In this document: piece by piece, positions 1-9,754 of the stretch
How positions within the stretch are numbered: the stretch's first letter is position 1
How the letters are laid out: the number at the start of each line of letters is the position of its first letter
NCBI GenBank assembly: GCA_964291415.2
Contig: OZ219917.1
Span: forward strand, 576,001-640,000
From: Alphaproteobacteria bacterium
GTDB lineage: Bacteria > Pseudomonadota > Alphaproteobacteria > SP197
Direction: 5' to 3'
DNA length: 64,000 nt
Notes under the pieces: model-generated
Database searches by the model: none
Seen by the model: the letters and a program-made list of their open reading frames with translations, nothing else
What the model was told of the DNA's origin: nothing
Program-made: the position numbers and the translations under genes

Positions 1-1
1 C

Positions 2-130
2 AGCGATGCCATGGTCAAAGGCACCGGTCCGTCGGGAGATCTCGCGGCGGAGGGATTCGTGGTCAGCGACCATGGCGGCAAGTTCACGTTTTCCGGCGAC
101 GTTGAAATCTCGCTTCAGCCGGGTGATTGA
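2..130 (+). CDS. lptC: LPS export protein LptC, C-terminal fragment (truncated by window edge)
   Basis: Frame 2 reads SDAMVKGTGPSGDLAAEGFVVSDHGGKFTFSGDVEISLQPGD*, resembling an alphaproteobacterial LptC C-terminus; lies upstream of lptA-lptB. Confidence 0.7.
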   Translation, partial: SDAMVKGTGPSGDLAAEGFVVSDHGGKFTFSGDVEISLQPGD

Positions 131-357
131 ACGGACCTGTACGCGACCCCTGTGGACGGCGGTCAAGTATCCCTTGAAGCGCCACCGGGGCGTCAGGTAT
201 GGTAGGCGTGGTTAGGAGTGAAGGAGCCACTTTCACGGGTGGTGTCTGTGGCGAACCTCCACTATACCTCGTGGAAATGTAACCGTCCGGGACATCCAAA
301 GACCATGCATCGCGTTTTCCGGACAGCACTCTCCGGCGATCAACTCAAGAGCCTCCC

Positions 358-864
358 ATGAACAAACTCGAGAGTCTCGCGGTCATTGGTGTTCTTGGTC
401 TGCTTCCGGTGCTGCCGGCAGCGGCGCAGATGTTCTCGATCAGCGACTACAACAGCGGTGAGCCGATCGAGGTGTCGGCCGACAGTCTCGATGTCGATTC
501 GGAATCGCGGGATGTCACGTTGTACGGCAGTGTCCAGGTCATGCAGGGCGAGTTGACCGTGCGCGCCGATACCATGGTCGTGCACTACAATGACGACGGA
601 GACGGCAACCGCGTCGAATCCATCCAGGCGAACGGCGACGTTGTGGTTCTCACCGATGACGGCACGGCACACGGCGACGCCGGTCTGTGGTCGGTGGCCT
701 CGGGTATCGTCATCCTCGAGGACAATGTGCGGCTGGTGAACGACGATGCCGTTCTGACCGGCACGAAGGTGACGCTTGACCTGGCGAGTGGACAGGTCAA
801 CATCGTTGGCGGAGAGGAAAGGGTGAACATACTTCTGAGTGCTGTCGACGAAGGCGATCAGTGA
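358..864 (+). CDS. lptA: LPS transport periplasmic protein LptA/OstA
   Basis: Signal peptide; PIEVSADSL...GSVQVMQGELTVRAD motif; overlaps lptB start. Confidence 0.9.
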   Translation: MNKLESLAVIGVLGLLPVLPAAAQMFSISDYNSGEPIEVSADSLDVDSESRDVTLYGSVQVMQGELTVRADTMVVHYNDDGDGNRVESIQANGDVVVLTDDGTAHGDAGLWSVASGIVILEDNVRLVNDDAVLTGTKVTLDLASGQVNIVGGEERVNILLSAVDEGDQ

Positions 865-1625
865 ACGCGACCTATGAGAGCGGACCCGTCCTGGTCAGTC
901 ACAACCGGGGTCTTGTCGCCTCCAACCTGACCAAGAGCTATCGCAAGCGTCCCATTGTCCGCAACATCAGCCTCAATGTGCATGCCGGAGAGGTCGTGGG
1001 TCTCCTCGGTCTCAATGGTGCCGGCAAGACGACGTGCTTCTACCTCATCACAGGCCTGGTGGCCGCCGACGCCGGCACGATCACGCTCGATGGTCACGAT
1101 GTCACGGGATTGCCGATGTACCGGCGGGCGCGCCTCGGCATCGGCTATCTGCCGCAGGAAGCCTCGATCTTCCGTGGCCTGTCGGTCGAGGCCAACATCA
1201 GGGCCGCCCTTGAGGTCGTCGAGGACGACTACGATGTCCGCGAGACCATGCTCGATTTGCTTCTTGCCGAGTTCTCCATTTCACACCTGCGCCACACCCC
1301 CGCCGTGGCTCTCTCGGGGGGAGAGAGACGACGCGTCGAAATCGCCCGTGCCCTTGCCTCGCGTCCCTCCATCATGCTGCTGGACGAGCCGCTTGCCGGG
1401 ATCGACCCCATAGCACTCGGCGACATCCGCGAGCTGGTGGCCCAGATCAAGGACAGCGGTATCGGCGTGCTCATCACCGATCACAACGTGCGCGAGACCT
1501 TCGGCATCGTCGATCGCGCCTACATTCTCCACGAGGGCACCATCCTCATGGAAGGACCGCCCGAGGACGTTGCCGCCCACAGGATCGTTCGCGAGGTCTA
1601 TCTCGGCCGCCAGTTCCGCCTCTAG
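861..1625 (+). CDS. lptB: LPS export ABC transporter ATPase
   Basis: GLNGAGKTT, YLPQEASIFR, LSGGERRRVEIARAL, GVLITDHNVRET. Confidence 0.97.
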   Translation: MNATYESGPVLVSHNRGLVASNLTKSYRKRPIVRNISLNVHAGEVVGLLGLNGAGKTTCFYLITGLVAADAGTITLDGHDVTGLPMYRRARLGIGYLPQEASIFRGLSVEANIRAALEVVEDDYDVRETMLDLLLAEFSISHLRHTPAVALSGGERRRVEIARALASRPSIMLLDEPLAGIDPIALGDIRELVAQIKDSGIGVLITDHNVRETFGIVDRAYILHEGTILMEGPPEDVAAHRIVREVYLGRQFRL

Positions 1626-2079
1626 GCGTCGTCGACTGACCGGCACTGATTGGGCAGCGTGGCGCTTCGCGGTTCATCTGCCGGCAGTTTCGTCCATCCG
1701 GGCGCGAGATCGTGTCCCGAGCCGTGGTGTACCATCACCACGGGTTAGACATGGCAACACGAAACCTGAAGTGCCCAACCGTCGTTTCTCGATTTCATGC
1801 CCATATACAACATGTTAAAGGACACTGCAAGAGCAGGAGGCGTTCCCGAGAGGCAACGCTGCTCATGTGAGTCGCGACGGTCTCGTTGCCGGTCACCGTC
1901 TCGCCGCGATCGTCGTACAGGTTATACCAATGGGAATTGCAACCGGCGGCCGAATTGAGGCATCGTGTCATCGCCTTGTCGCCAGCCTACGAATCCCCGT
2001 CACCGTTCCGGATACGGAAGGGCAGTTACAATGTCCGGGGATGTACCGGCGGCGCTGAACCGGTCGGGTATCGCCTGTT

Positions 2080-3303
2080 CTATGCCGAGCCCCTGATCGC
2101 CGTCGCGTAGGCAGCGAGGTCCGAGGCGCTCATCCGAAGTTGTCGCGCTTTCTGTCGCCACCCGTCCAATGCGGCCGCGACCTCATCGATGATGGCATCG
2201 GCCCGGATCAGGTCCAGCGCGAAGTAGGGCGCAGCGGCGCGGGCCAGGTCCAGGTCGGCATCCGGCCCTTCTTCCGATATCCAAGTCGTCAGTTCCCGCG
2301 CCTTTTCGGTCAGCGGCACCGGGTTCAGGTCATAGGCCGGCGAAAGGCGCCACTTGTTGTCGTGATCGTACAGGAAGCCATGGTTGCGGAGGTGGTCGTC
2401 AAGATTGCCGATCATCACGTTGAAGACGATCCGCCTCCACAGCTCATGCAGGTCTTCGGTCGGCGCGCTCGAATACATCCTGATGACTTCTGCGATATCC
2501 GTGTAGGTCGCTTCGTCGCCGTCGCTGAGCCCGAGCAGGGTCATGGCGGAAATGAACGGGATTCTTCGGTCTTCATCGCGGTCGAACCGCGTGATCAGAG
2601 ACACCGGCCGACCGGCCACGTTCAGCAGTGTTGCCTGGGCAACATCGATGCCCGCGGCGGCGGCGAGTGTCATCGCAAGGACCTCGCCATGCGGGATGCT
2701 GCGATCGTCGTCGTTCTTCGGAAACTTGGCGATCGCCAGGCGATCGTCATTGTCGATGACGGCGGACTTGGGGCGAGCGCCACCGAGCGGCGAGCCCTCG
2801 TTCAGCAGAAGTCTCAGGTCTTCGGCGGTTTCGGTGTTGGACAGGACCGCATCGGCGGCGTTGAGGAGTGCCGGTAGCCGGATCAGGGGCGGCACACGGT
2901 AGCGGCCGATGTCGTGGTCGAAGGTCTCTTCGCCTTCCCGGCGGTACCGGAGCGCGCCGATTCTCGTCCGATCGTTGATGGCGAGGAGATAGTCGATCTC
3001 GGACAGGGCGCGCTGCTCGCCGGCCTTGCGAAAAGCACGTCGTATCAGTTGCTGGCCCCAGCGGTCCGGGGCGGTGTCGCGCAGCGCACCGGGTAATGCC
3101 GACTTGCCGGAGGAGGTATACATCTGCCGGCGTTCCAGCGGCAGGTTCGCCGGATCCAGGGCGAATGCATCGGTGCGGTCGCGCCACGCGTCGGCGTACT
3201 CGAAGACCGAGCTTTGGCCATGTCGCCTGGCGACGTAATGGCACCGGCCGACGAAATGTGTCTCTCCGTTATCGTCGACAAAGACCTCGATGGTGTCAGT
3301 CAT
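2080..3303 (-). CDS. HipA-family kinase toxin
   Basis: DTAPDRWG, GSPLGGARPK, GNLDDHLRNHGF, LSPAYDLNP motifs. Confidence 0.93.
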   Translation of the reverse strand: MTDTIEVFVDDNGETHFVGRCHYVARRHGQSSVFEYADAWRDRTDAFALDPANLPLERRQMYTSSGKSALPGALRDTAPDRWGQQLIRRAFRKAGEQRALSEIDYLLAINDRTRIGALRYRREGEETFDHDIGRYRVPPLIRLPALLNAADAVLSNTETAEDLRLLLNEGSPLGGARPKSAVIDNDDRLAIAKFPKNDDDRSIPHGEVLAMTLAAAAGIDVAQATLLNVAGRPVSLITRFDRDEDRRIPFISAMTLLGLSDGDEATYTDIAEVIRMYSSAPTEDLHELWRRIVFNVMIGNLDDHLRNHGFLYDHDNKWRLSPAYDLNPVPLTEKARELTTWISEEGPDADLDLARAAAPYFALDLIRADAIIDEVAAALDGWRQKARQLRMSASDLAAYATAIRGSA

Positions 3304-3635
3304 GACTGTGACCGGGAGCGGCGCCGCGGTTGCACCTTCCTGGGCAGTCGATCCTCGTCGATGTCCAGTCCAAGGGAGTCGTCGCGGCGGTCGGCCGTTT
3401 GGCCGAGACGGTCAGCGAGCCCCAGGATGGCCAAAACTGTTGCGTAGATGCCGATCGAGACCGACGGGTCACCGCGTTCGACCTTGTAGAGGGTGCCACG
3501 GCTGATGAATGCGCGTTCGGCCATGGAAACGGTCGAGAGGCGACGTTTCTTGCGGGCGACCGCGATGTCTGCGCCCAGCTTGGCGAGGGCCCGTTTGGCT
3601 GCTCTGGGCAGCGCATGTGTCGCCTGTGTTCTCAT
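3300..3635 (-). CDS. XRE/HTH antitoxin (HipB-like)
   Basis: HTH motif ARKKRRLSTVSMAERAFISRGTLYKVERGDPSVSIG; ATGA overlap with the HipA gene. Confidence 0.88.
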   Translation of the reverse strand: MRTQATHALPRAAKRALAKLGADIAVARKKRRLSTVSMAERAFISRGTLYKVERGDPSVSIGIYATVLAILGLADRLGQTADRRDDSLGLDIDEDRLPRKVQPRRRSRSQS

Positions 3636-3639
3636 CGCA

Positions 3640-3689
3640 TGTCTTATTCAATGAGCAATAAAGGCTCATATTGTTCACTATATAAGACA
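3640..3689. promoter_or_regulatory. Imperfect inverted repeat, probable TA autorepression operator
   Basis: tgtcttattcaatgagcaata-N8-tattgttcactatataagaca (17/21 arm match), AT-rich, just upstream of the antitoxin start. Confidence 0.7.
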
Positions 3690-4018
3690 AGTTGGAAATC
3701 GGTCAACAAACTTCCGAACTTGACCGCGGCCGCATGAGGAAGACCATCCCACAGGCCAAGCACCACGTCGTCTGGTGTGTCGCATTGCTGGGCCGGGGGA
3801 AGGACGAGACGACCCGCTAGGAATCGGCCAGCCACTGCGAGCACCGCCGTCCGCGAGTCTGCGTTTCAGGGCGGACTCGGGCACATGTTCGAGCAACCGA
3901 CCACTGCTTGAGGGTCGCCAGAACCCGGTCCGTCATGGACGTCGTCCTTCCTGTCCATCGTTCCGGCTGACCGCTACCATGGGCATAGTGTTCGCCCTTT
4001 GTCATGCCGGGAGGCCCG

Positions 4019-4855
4019 ATGTCGCTGACCCTGACCCCGCTTTCGCCAGCGCTGGGCGTCGAGATTGCCGGAGTCGACCTCGCCCGGCCGATCGACGGCA
4101 GGACGGCGGCGGCCTTGCGCGATGCGTTCCGGGAACGCCATCTGCTTTTGCTGCGCGACCAGGAGATCGACGGGGACGCCCAGATCCGTTTCGCGACGCT
4201 GTTCGGCCCCGTGTCGCGCCGCGGCGCCTACATGAAGGACCGCGATTTCACCCACGTCTCCAACGTGCGCGAGGGCGGCATTCTGGGTTCAGGCGTTCTG
4301 CGCTTCCATTCGGACCATACCTTCTTCCGTCATCCTCTCAGGGCGATCTGCCTCTACGCCATCGAGATTCCGCCTTCGGGCGGCGACACGCTGTTCGCCA
4401 ACGCGGCGGCGGCCTACGCCAACCTTCCCGACGGGCTGAGGCGACGCATCGCGGACCGCCAGTCGCTCCAGCTCTTCGACTACGGCGGCGACTACAACCG
4501 TCGAGTCCTCGAACGCGACGCCGCGCCCGATGCGCCGCGCTGCTGGCATCCGCTGACGCTCGAGGACGGTGCGGGCCGCATGGTGCTCTTCATGCACGCC
4601 CACACCACCGCTGCCGTCGACGGGCTGAGCGACGCCGAGACCGACGCGCTGATCGAGGAACTGGTGGCCTACATCGCCGACCCCGCCGTCGGTTATCGCC
4701 ACGCCTGGCGGCCGGGCGACGTGATCGTCTGGAACAACATCACGCTGCAGCACGCCCGCACCGACTTCGACGCGCGCACCCGCCGCACCTTGCGCCGCGT
4801 CCCGATCGCCGTCAGCGAGGCCGAGGCGCGGGACGAGACGGCGACGGCGGCCTGA
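4019..4855 (+). CDS. TauD/TfdA-family Fe(II)/2-oxoglutarate dioxygenase
   Basis: LTPLSPALGVEIAGVDL N-terminus, FHSDH (HxD), GGDTLFAN, WRPGDVIVWNNITLQHAR. Confidence 0.92.
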   Translation: MSLTLTPLSPALGVEIAGVDLARPIDGRTAAALRDAFRERHLLLLRDQEIDGDAQIRFATLFGPVSRRGAYMKDRDFTHVSNVREGGILGSGVLRFHSDHTFFRHPLRAICLYAIEIPPSGGDTLFANAAAAYANLPDGLRRRIADRQSLQLFDYGGDYNRRVLERDAAPDAPRCWHPLTLEDGAGRMVLFMHAHTTAAVDGLSDAETDALIEELVAYIADPAVGYRHAWRPGDVIVWNNITLQHARTDFDARTRRTLRRVPIAVSEAEARDETATAA

Positions 4856-4942
4856 CCGGAACGCGGGGCGCGGGCACACAGGAGGAGGAACCATGGCCGG
4901 ACCCGTCGTCGAGACCCGGATTGCCCGGGAAGGCAAGTCTCC

Positions 4943-5716
4943 TTGAGCGGCGGGCGATTCGCCGGAAAGTCCGCGATCGTCACCGGCGCGGCCGGCGGTA
5001 TCGGCCGGGCGACGGCGTTGCGCCTGGCTGCCGAGGGCGCCTCGGTGCTGGCCGTCGACGTCAAGCAGCCGGAGCTTCGCGAGACCGCCGCCATGGCCGG
5101 CGGGCGGGCTTTGCGCACGCTCGTTGCCGATGTCGCCGACCGCACCCAGCCCGGGCGCATCGTGAAGGAGGCCCTCGACGCCCACGGCAGGCTCGACCAT
5201 CTCGTCAACAATGCCGGCATCGGCGGCCGGGGCGGCGGTGTGCGCGAAGCGAGCGACGCGGACTGGGACGGCGTCCTCGACGTGAACCTCGGTTCCGTCT
5301 TTCGCATGTCGCGCGCCGCGCTCGAGCACCTGCCGCGGCCCGGCGGCAGGATCGTCCAGATCGCCTCCGTATTCGGTCTCGTCGGTTTCCCAGGCTCTGC
5401 CGCCTATGCCGCCGCCAAGGGCGCGGTCGCCCAGCTCACGCGCCAGATGGCCGCCGACCACGCCGCCGACGGCGTCAACATCAACGCCATCGCCCCCGGG
5501 GTGATCGACACGCCGATGACGGCGCGGAACATCCGGACGGACGCATGGTACCGGCAGGCCATGATCCGCAACACGCCCATGGGAGTTGGAGAGCCCGACG
5601 ACATCGCGGGCGTTGCGGCCTTTCTCCTGAGCGACGACGCCCGTTACATCAACGGCCAGGTCATTGCCGTCGACGGCGGCTGGCTGGCCACGCGATACTG
5701 GCCCAGGGATGACTGA
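4943..5716 (+). CDS. Short-chain dehydrogenase/reductase
   Basis: TGAAGGIG, NNAG, YAAAK, NAIAPG motifs; TTG start. Confidence 0.93.
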   Translation: MSGGRFAGKSAIVTGAAGGIGRATALRLAAEGASVLAVDVKQPELRETAAMAGGRALRTLVADVADRTQPGRIVKEALDAHGRLDHLVNNAGIGGRGGGVREASDADWDGVLDVNLGSVFRMSRAALEHLPRPGGRIVQIASVFGLVGFPGSAAYAAAKGAVAQLTRQMAADHAADGVNINAIAPGVIDTPMTARNIRTDAWYRQAMIRNTPMGVGEPDDIAGVAAFLLSDDARYINGQVIAVDGGWLATRYWPRDD

Positions 5717-5917
5717 AGCGATCGAGATCCAGCGCTTCCCGGGCCGGACGGCAGGGCGAGCCGCGGGCCGTGTCGCCACAACCGGGGTGGCGCGGGAGGG
5801 TCCCCTTGTCGGACTGGCGGACAGTCCCTATATTCCGGACCACGAAGCGCGGGCGAGGTCCATGTCCGCGACCGGGACCGGTGGTGACGGTCTCCGGTGA
5901 CGATGAGCGGATCATCC

Positions 5918-6214
5918 ATGAAGATTTCCATCACAGGTCATCAGACAGACGTCAGTGAAACGTTGCGCCATCACGTGGAGCAGACGCTCGGCAGTGCCAT
6001 CGACAAGTACTTCGCCGATTCGCTGAGCGCGCACGTGACGTTCTCGCGCGAGGCTCAAAACCACCGGGTGCACATCTCCGTCCATGTCGGACACGACATC
6101 AATGCCGAGGGGGATGGCGGTGCGCAGACGGCATCTGCCGCGTTCGGCAAGGCTATGGAACATGTCGCAAAGCAGCTCCGGCGCAACAAGCGGAAACTGC
6201 GCGAACATCACTGA
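5918..6214 (+). CDS. hpf: Ribosome hibernation promoting factor (short form, 98 aa)
   Basis: MKISITGHQTDVSETLR...KQLRRNKRKLREHH; upstream of ptsN. Confidence 0.9.
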   Translation: MKISITGHQTDVSETLRHHVEQTLGSAIDKYFADSLSAHVTFSREAQNHRVHISVHVGHDINAEGDGGAQTASAAFGKAMEHVAKQLRRNKRKLREHH

Positions 6215-6252
6215 CATGGCCGACGCCGTACTGCGCCGGTCCGGGTGACGGG

Positions 6253-6717
6253 ATGGAGATCTCCTCTCTGGTGAGACCTGACGGCGTGGTTCCACGCCTG
6301 CGGTCGGCCAGCAAGAAGCAGGTGCTCCAGGAACTGGCGCGCCATGCCTCGCGCATCATTGGCACCGATGAGCGGGTCATCTTCGATGCCCTTCTCGAAC
6401 GTGAACGACTGGGATCGACGGGAGTCGGGCTGGGAATCGCCATCCCCCATGCCAAGCTTCCCGGACTGCCTGGCCTCTATGGGGTCTTCGCACGTGCGAC
6501 GTCACCGATCGATTTCGATTCCGTGGACGAACAGCCCGTCGATCTCGTGTTCCTCCTTCTGGCGCCGGAAGATGCCGGTGCCGACCACCTCAAGGCTCTT
6601 GCCCGGGTGTCGCGTCTGCTGCGCAACCAGGACGTCTGCCAGAAACTCCGGGGCGCCGACAGCCAGGAAGCCATCTATGCCCTTCTGACCGAAGAGGAGA
6701 CGGGCCATCCGGCCTGA
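6253..6717 (+). CDS. ptsN: PTS EIIA-Ntr
   Basis: RERLGSTGVGLGIAIPH, GADHLKALARVSR. Confidence 0.95.
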   Translation: MEISSLVRPDGVVPRLRSASKKQVLQELARHASRIIGTDERVIFDALLERERLGSTGVGLGIAIPHAKLPGLPGLYGVFARATSPIDFDSVDEQPVDLVFLLLAPEDAGADHLKALARVSRLLRNQDVCQKLRGADSQEAIYALLTEEETGHPA

Positions 6718-6723
6718 CCTGTC

Positions 6724-7164
6724 GTGCTGATTCACGGCACCTCGGTCGAAGTCAACGGTGCCGGACTCCTGTTGCGCGGTCCGCCGGGAAGCGGCAAGAG
6801 CGACCTCGCCCTGCGACTGATCAGCGAATGCGAAGCGCGGCTGGTGGCGGACGATCAGGTCGAGGTCAGTCTGCGGGATGGAATTCTGATGGCGCGGGCG
6901 CCGGAAAGCCTGGCGGGCATGATCGAGGTGCGGGGACTGGGAATCGCCAGGTTCGACCATCATCCGTCCTGGGCCGTCCACCTGGTCATCGAACTCTGCG
7001 ATTCCGTGGCGAGGTTTCCAGAACCCCGGCAGACCGTGATTGCGGGCTGCCCGCTGCCGGTCTGGCGGCTTCGTGCAAGCGAGGCATCGGCCGTGGCAAA
7101 GGTCATGCTGGCGGTGAAGGCGCTCCAGGGCACGGTGTCTCTCGACGGCGGTTTTGGTTGCTGA
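6724..7164 (+). CDS. hprK: HPr kinase/phosphorylase (short alphaproteobacterial form)
   Basis: IHGTSV, GPPGSGKSDLAL, LVADD, IEVRGLGI. Confidence 0.92.
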   Translation: MLIHGTSVEVNGAGLLLRGPPGSGKSDLALRLISECEARLVADDQVEVSLRDGILMARAPESLAGMIEVRGLGIARFDHHPSWAVHLVIELCDSVARFPEPRQTVIAGCPLPVWRLRASEASAVAKVMLAVKALQGTVSLDGGFGC

Positions 7165-7246
7165 ATGCCGGGCCTCTTGTGTAATGGGTGGCATGCCCTC
7201 TGGAGGGGGATGAAGGCGTGACATGGTGCAATCCGGCGGGTGACGC

Positions 7247-7651
7247 ATGATCGGCGTGGTGCTTGTGACCCACGGCCGGCTGGCGGACGAGTTCGTCGCC
7301 GCCATCAGGCATATCGTGGGCGACCAGGAGAACATGACGGCGATCTCGATCGGTCCCGACGACGACATGAAGCAGCGTCGTGCCGACATCGTCGAGGCGG
7401 TTGCCGGCGTCGACACCGGTTCGGGGGTCATCATCCTCACGGACATGTTCGGCGGTACGCCGTCCAATCTCGCGATCTCGGTCATGAATCCAGGAAAGGT
7501 GGAGGTCATCGCCGGCGTCAACCTGCCGATGCTGGTCCGTCTGGCGTCGGTTCGCCGGAACGCCACCGTCGAGGAGGCCGTTGCCGCCGCGCAGGAAGCG
7601 GCCCGGCGTTACATCAACGTCGCCAGCAGCCTCCTCAAGACCGAATCGTGA
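7247..7651 (+). CDS. PTS EIIA mannose-family protein
   Basis: MIGVVLVTHGRLA, LTDMFGGTPSN, GVNLPML. Confidence 0.93.
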   Translation: MIGVVLVTHGRLADEFVAAIRHIVGDQENMTAISIGPDDDMKQRRADIVEAVAGVDTGSGVIILTDMFGGTPSNLAISVMNPGKVEVIAGVNLPMLVRLASVRRNATVEEAVAAAQEAARRYINVASSLLKTES

Positions 7652-7935
7652 CCACCGGTGCCTCTCCTGACGCCATGCGCCGCCGCTTCACCATTCTCAA
7701 CGAGCGGGGGCTGCATGCCCGGGCGGCGGCGCGCTTTGTCGCTGCACTCGACATCTTCAGCGCAACCGTCGAGGTGGAAAAGGACGGCATGAAGGTGTCC
7801 GGAAGGTCGATCATGGGGCTCATGATGCTGGGTGCCGCCATCGGCACGACCATCGAGGTTGAGGCGCGTGGCGACGACGCCGGAGCCGCCCTCGACGCCC
7901 TCGGGAGACTCGTCGGGAACCGGTTCGATGAATAG
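7648..7935 (+). CDS. ptsH: Phosphocarrier HPr/NPr
   Basis: NERGLHARAAA (His site) and SGRSIMGLMML (Ser site); GTG start overlaps the upstream stop. Confidence 0.92.
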   Translation: MTTGASPDAMRRRFTILNERGLHARAAARFVAALDIFSATVEVEKDGMKVSGRSIMGLMMLGAAIGTTIEVEARGDDAGAALDALGRLVGNRFDE

Positions 7936-9685
7936 GAGAATCGGTCTCGAACTGTCTGGTCTGGGGATTGCGCCGGGCATCGCCATCGGGCCGGCCTACG
8001 TCGTCGAGAGCGGCGCCCTCGAAGTTCCGGTCCACGAGATTGGCGAGGATCAGGTGACTGCGGAAATCGGCCGGTTCCACGATGCCGTGGCCCGCGGACG
8101 CGAGCAGCTGGCCGTGCTCTCGCAAAAGGCCCGAACACTGCACGGAAGCGCCGCCGAGGAACTCGAGTACCTGCTTGTCGCGCACAGCCGCATGCTGGAG
8201 GGTTCGCGGCTGGTCCGGGGTGTCGAGGAGCGGGTCCGTGGCCAGCGCCTCAACGCCGAGGCTGCGGTTTCCCAGGAGGTCGGCGACATCGTCCGGGCGT
8301 TCGAGGACATGAACGACAGCTATCTCGCCGAACGCAGCAAGGACGTGCGCGACGTCGGCAAGCGCCTGCTGCACAACCTGATGGCCGCTCCATACCGCGC
8401 CCTCACCGACCTTGCCCCGGGCACGGTTGTCGTGGCTGACGAACTCACGCCCGCCGACACCGCACTCCTCGACCCGCGCCGTGTTGCGGGGTTCGTGACG
8501 GCGTCGGGTGGCGCCCAGGATCACACCGGCATCCTCGCCCGGTCCCTCGGCCTTCCCGCCGTGGTCGCCACCGGAGAACTGCTCGGGAACGTGGCGAGCG
8601 GTGATCGCGTGATTGTCGATGGCGGCACCGGTGCCGTGGTGATCAATCCCGGTGCCGGCTCTGAAGAGGCCTACGAGAGACGCCGCGGCGAACTCCGTCT
8701 GCAGGCCCGCAAGCTCCGCCGCCTGCGCGATGTCCCGGCGGTCTCTCGCGACCAGGTCCGCATAGGCCTCCTGGCCAACGTGGAACTCGCCAACGAGATT
8801 GATCCCGCCCTCGACCACGGTGCCGAAGGCATTGGCCTCTTCCGGACCGAGTACCTCTTTCTCAACCGCGACACCATCCCCGACGAGGACGAGCAGTACG
8901 TTCACCTCGCCAATGTCGTCGAGCGCATGGCCGGCCGTACCGTGACCATCCGGACCCTTGATGCCGGCAACGACAAGCTACCCTACTCTCTCGGCGAACC
9001 GGTCGGCGCCGGCGCAAATCCCGCCATGGGACTGCGGGCCATCCGCCTGTCTCTCAAGTTCGGCGATCTCCTCGAAAACCAGCTGGCCGCCATCCTGCGC
9101 GCAGGCGCCCATGGCAGGGTGCGAATCCTGCTGCCGATGATCTCCACGATCTCGGAGGTGCGCCAGGTCCGCAAGGTGAGAGACAGGGTGGCCGAACGGT
9201 TGGCGAGGGCGGGTGTGGCCATTGCCGATCCGTTGCCTCCGGTCGGTATCATGATCGAGATTCCCGGCGCCGCGCTGGCGGCTGATTCCCTGGCCGGGGA
9301 AAGCGACTTCTTCTCGATCGGCACGAATGATCTCACCATGTACACGCTCGCCATCGACCGCGGTGACGACCAGGTGGCCCATCTCTACAATCCACTTCAT
9401 CCGGCGGTGCTGCGGCTCATCCAGTTCACCACCGCGGCCGCCGGACGCGCCGGCATCGACGTCAACGTGTGCGGCGAAATGGCGGGTGACGAGAGAATGA
9501 CGGCGATTCTCGTCGGTCTGGGGATTCGCGAACTGTCCATGGCCTCGTCCGGGGTGCCGCGGGTGAAGCAGCGCATCCGCAATCTCGACATCACCGAGGC
9601 CGTGCGGCGGACCGAGGCGATCATGGAACAGAACGACGCCGGCATGGTGGCAAGCCTGCTCGACGATTTCAACGCGCTGGCCTGA
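7928..9685 (+). CDS. ptsI: PEP-protein phosphotransferase enzyme I (no GAF domain)
   Basis: DHTGILARSLGLP, GIGLFRTE, FFSIGTNDL, VCGEMAGD. Confidence 0.93.
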   Translation: MNRRIGLELSGLGIAPGIAIGPAYVVESGALEVPVHEIGEDQVTAEIGRFHDAVARGREQLAVLSQKARTLHGSAAEELEYLLVAHSRMLEGSRLVRGVEERVRGQRLNAEAAVSQEVGDIVRAFEDMNDSYLAERSKDVRDVGKRLLHNLMAAPYRALTDLAPGTVVVADELTPADTALLDPRRVAGFVTASGGAQDHTGILARSLGLPAVVATGELLGNVASGDRVIVDGGTGAVVINPGAGSEEAYERRRGELRLQARKLRRLRDVPAVSRDQVRIGLLANVELANEIDPALDHGAEGIGLFRTEYLFLNRDTIPDEDEQYVHLANVVERMAGRTVTIRTLDAGNDKLPYSLGEPVGAGANPAMGLRAIRLSLKFGDLLENQLAAILRAGAHGRVRILLPMISTISEVRQVRKVRDRVAERLARAGVAIADPLPPVGIMIEIPGAALAADSLAGESDFFSIGTNDLTMYTLAIDRGDDQVAHLYNPLHPAVLRLIQFTTAAAGRAGIDVNVCGEMAGDERMTAILVGLGIRELSMASSGVPRVKQRIRNLDITEAVRRTEAIMEQNDAGMVASLLDDFNALA

Positions 9686-9754
9686 GGCGGTGGACGGCTC
9701 CGCAGGTCTCTGGTAAGCGGGGCGCCCGCCCGGGTGGAAGAGATGGCATCAGTC

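Noticed and set aside
1860-2060. Peptide PAAELRHRVIAL resembling an IS630 N-terminus
   Set aside because: Too short; no terminal repeats or catalytic motif
3817-3936. Minus-strand start with a good RBS (MTDRVLATLKQW / LLEHVPESALKR), possibly a decayed cNMP-binding protein
   Set aside because: Needs frameshifts and the similarity is too weak without BLASTX
3775-5779. Long overlapping ORFs (645 aa on +, 496 aa on -) and similar shadow ORFs throughout the window
   Set aside because: Arg/Pro/Gly-rich alternate-frame or antisense products of high GC content overlying well-supported genes
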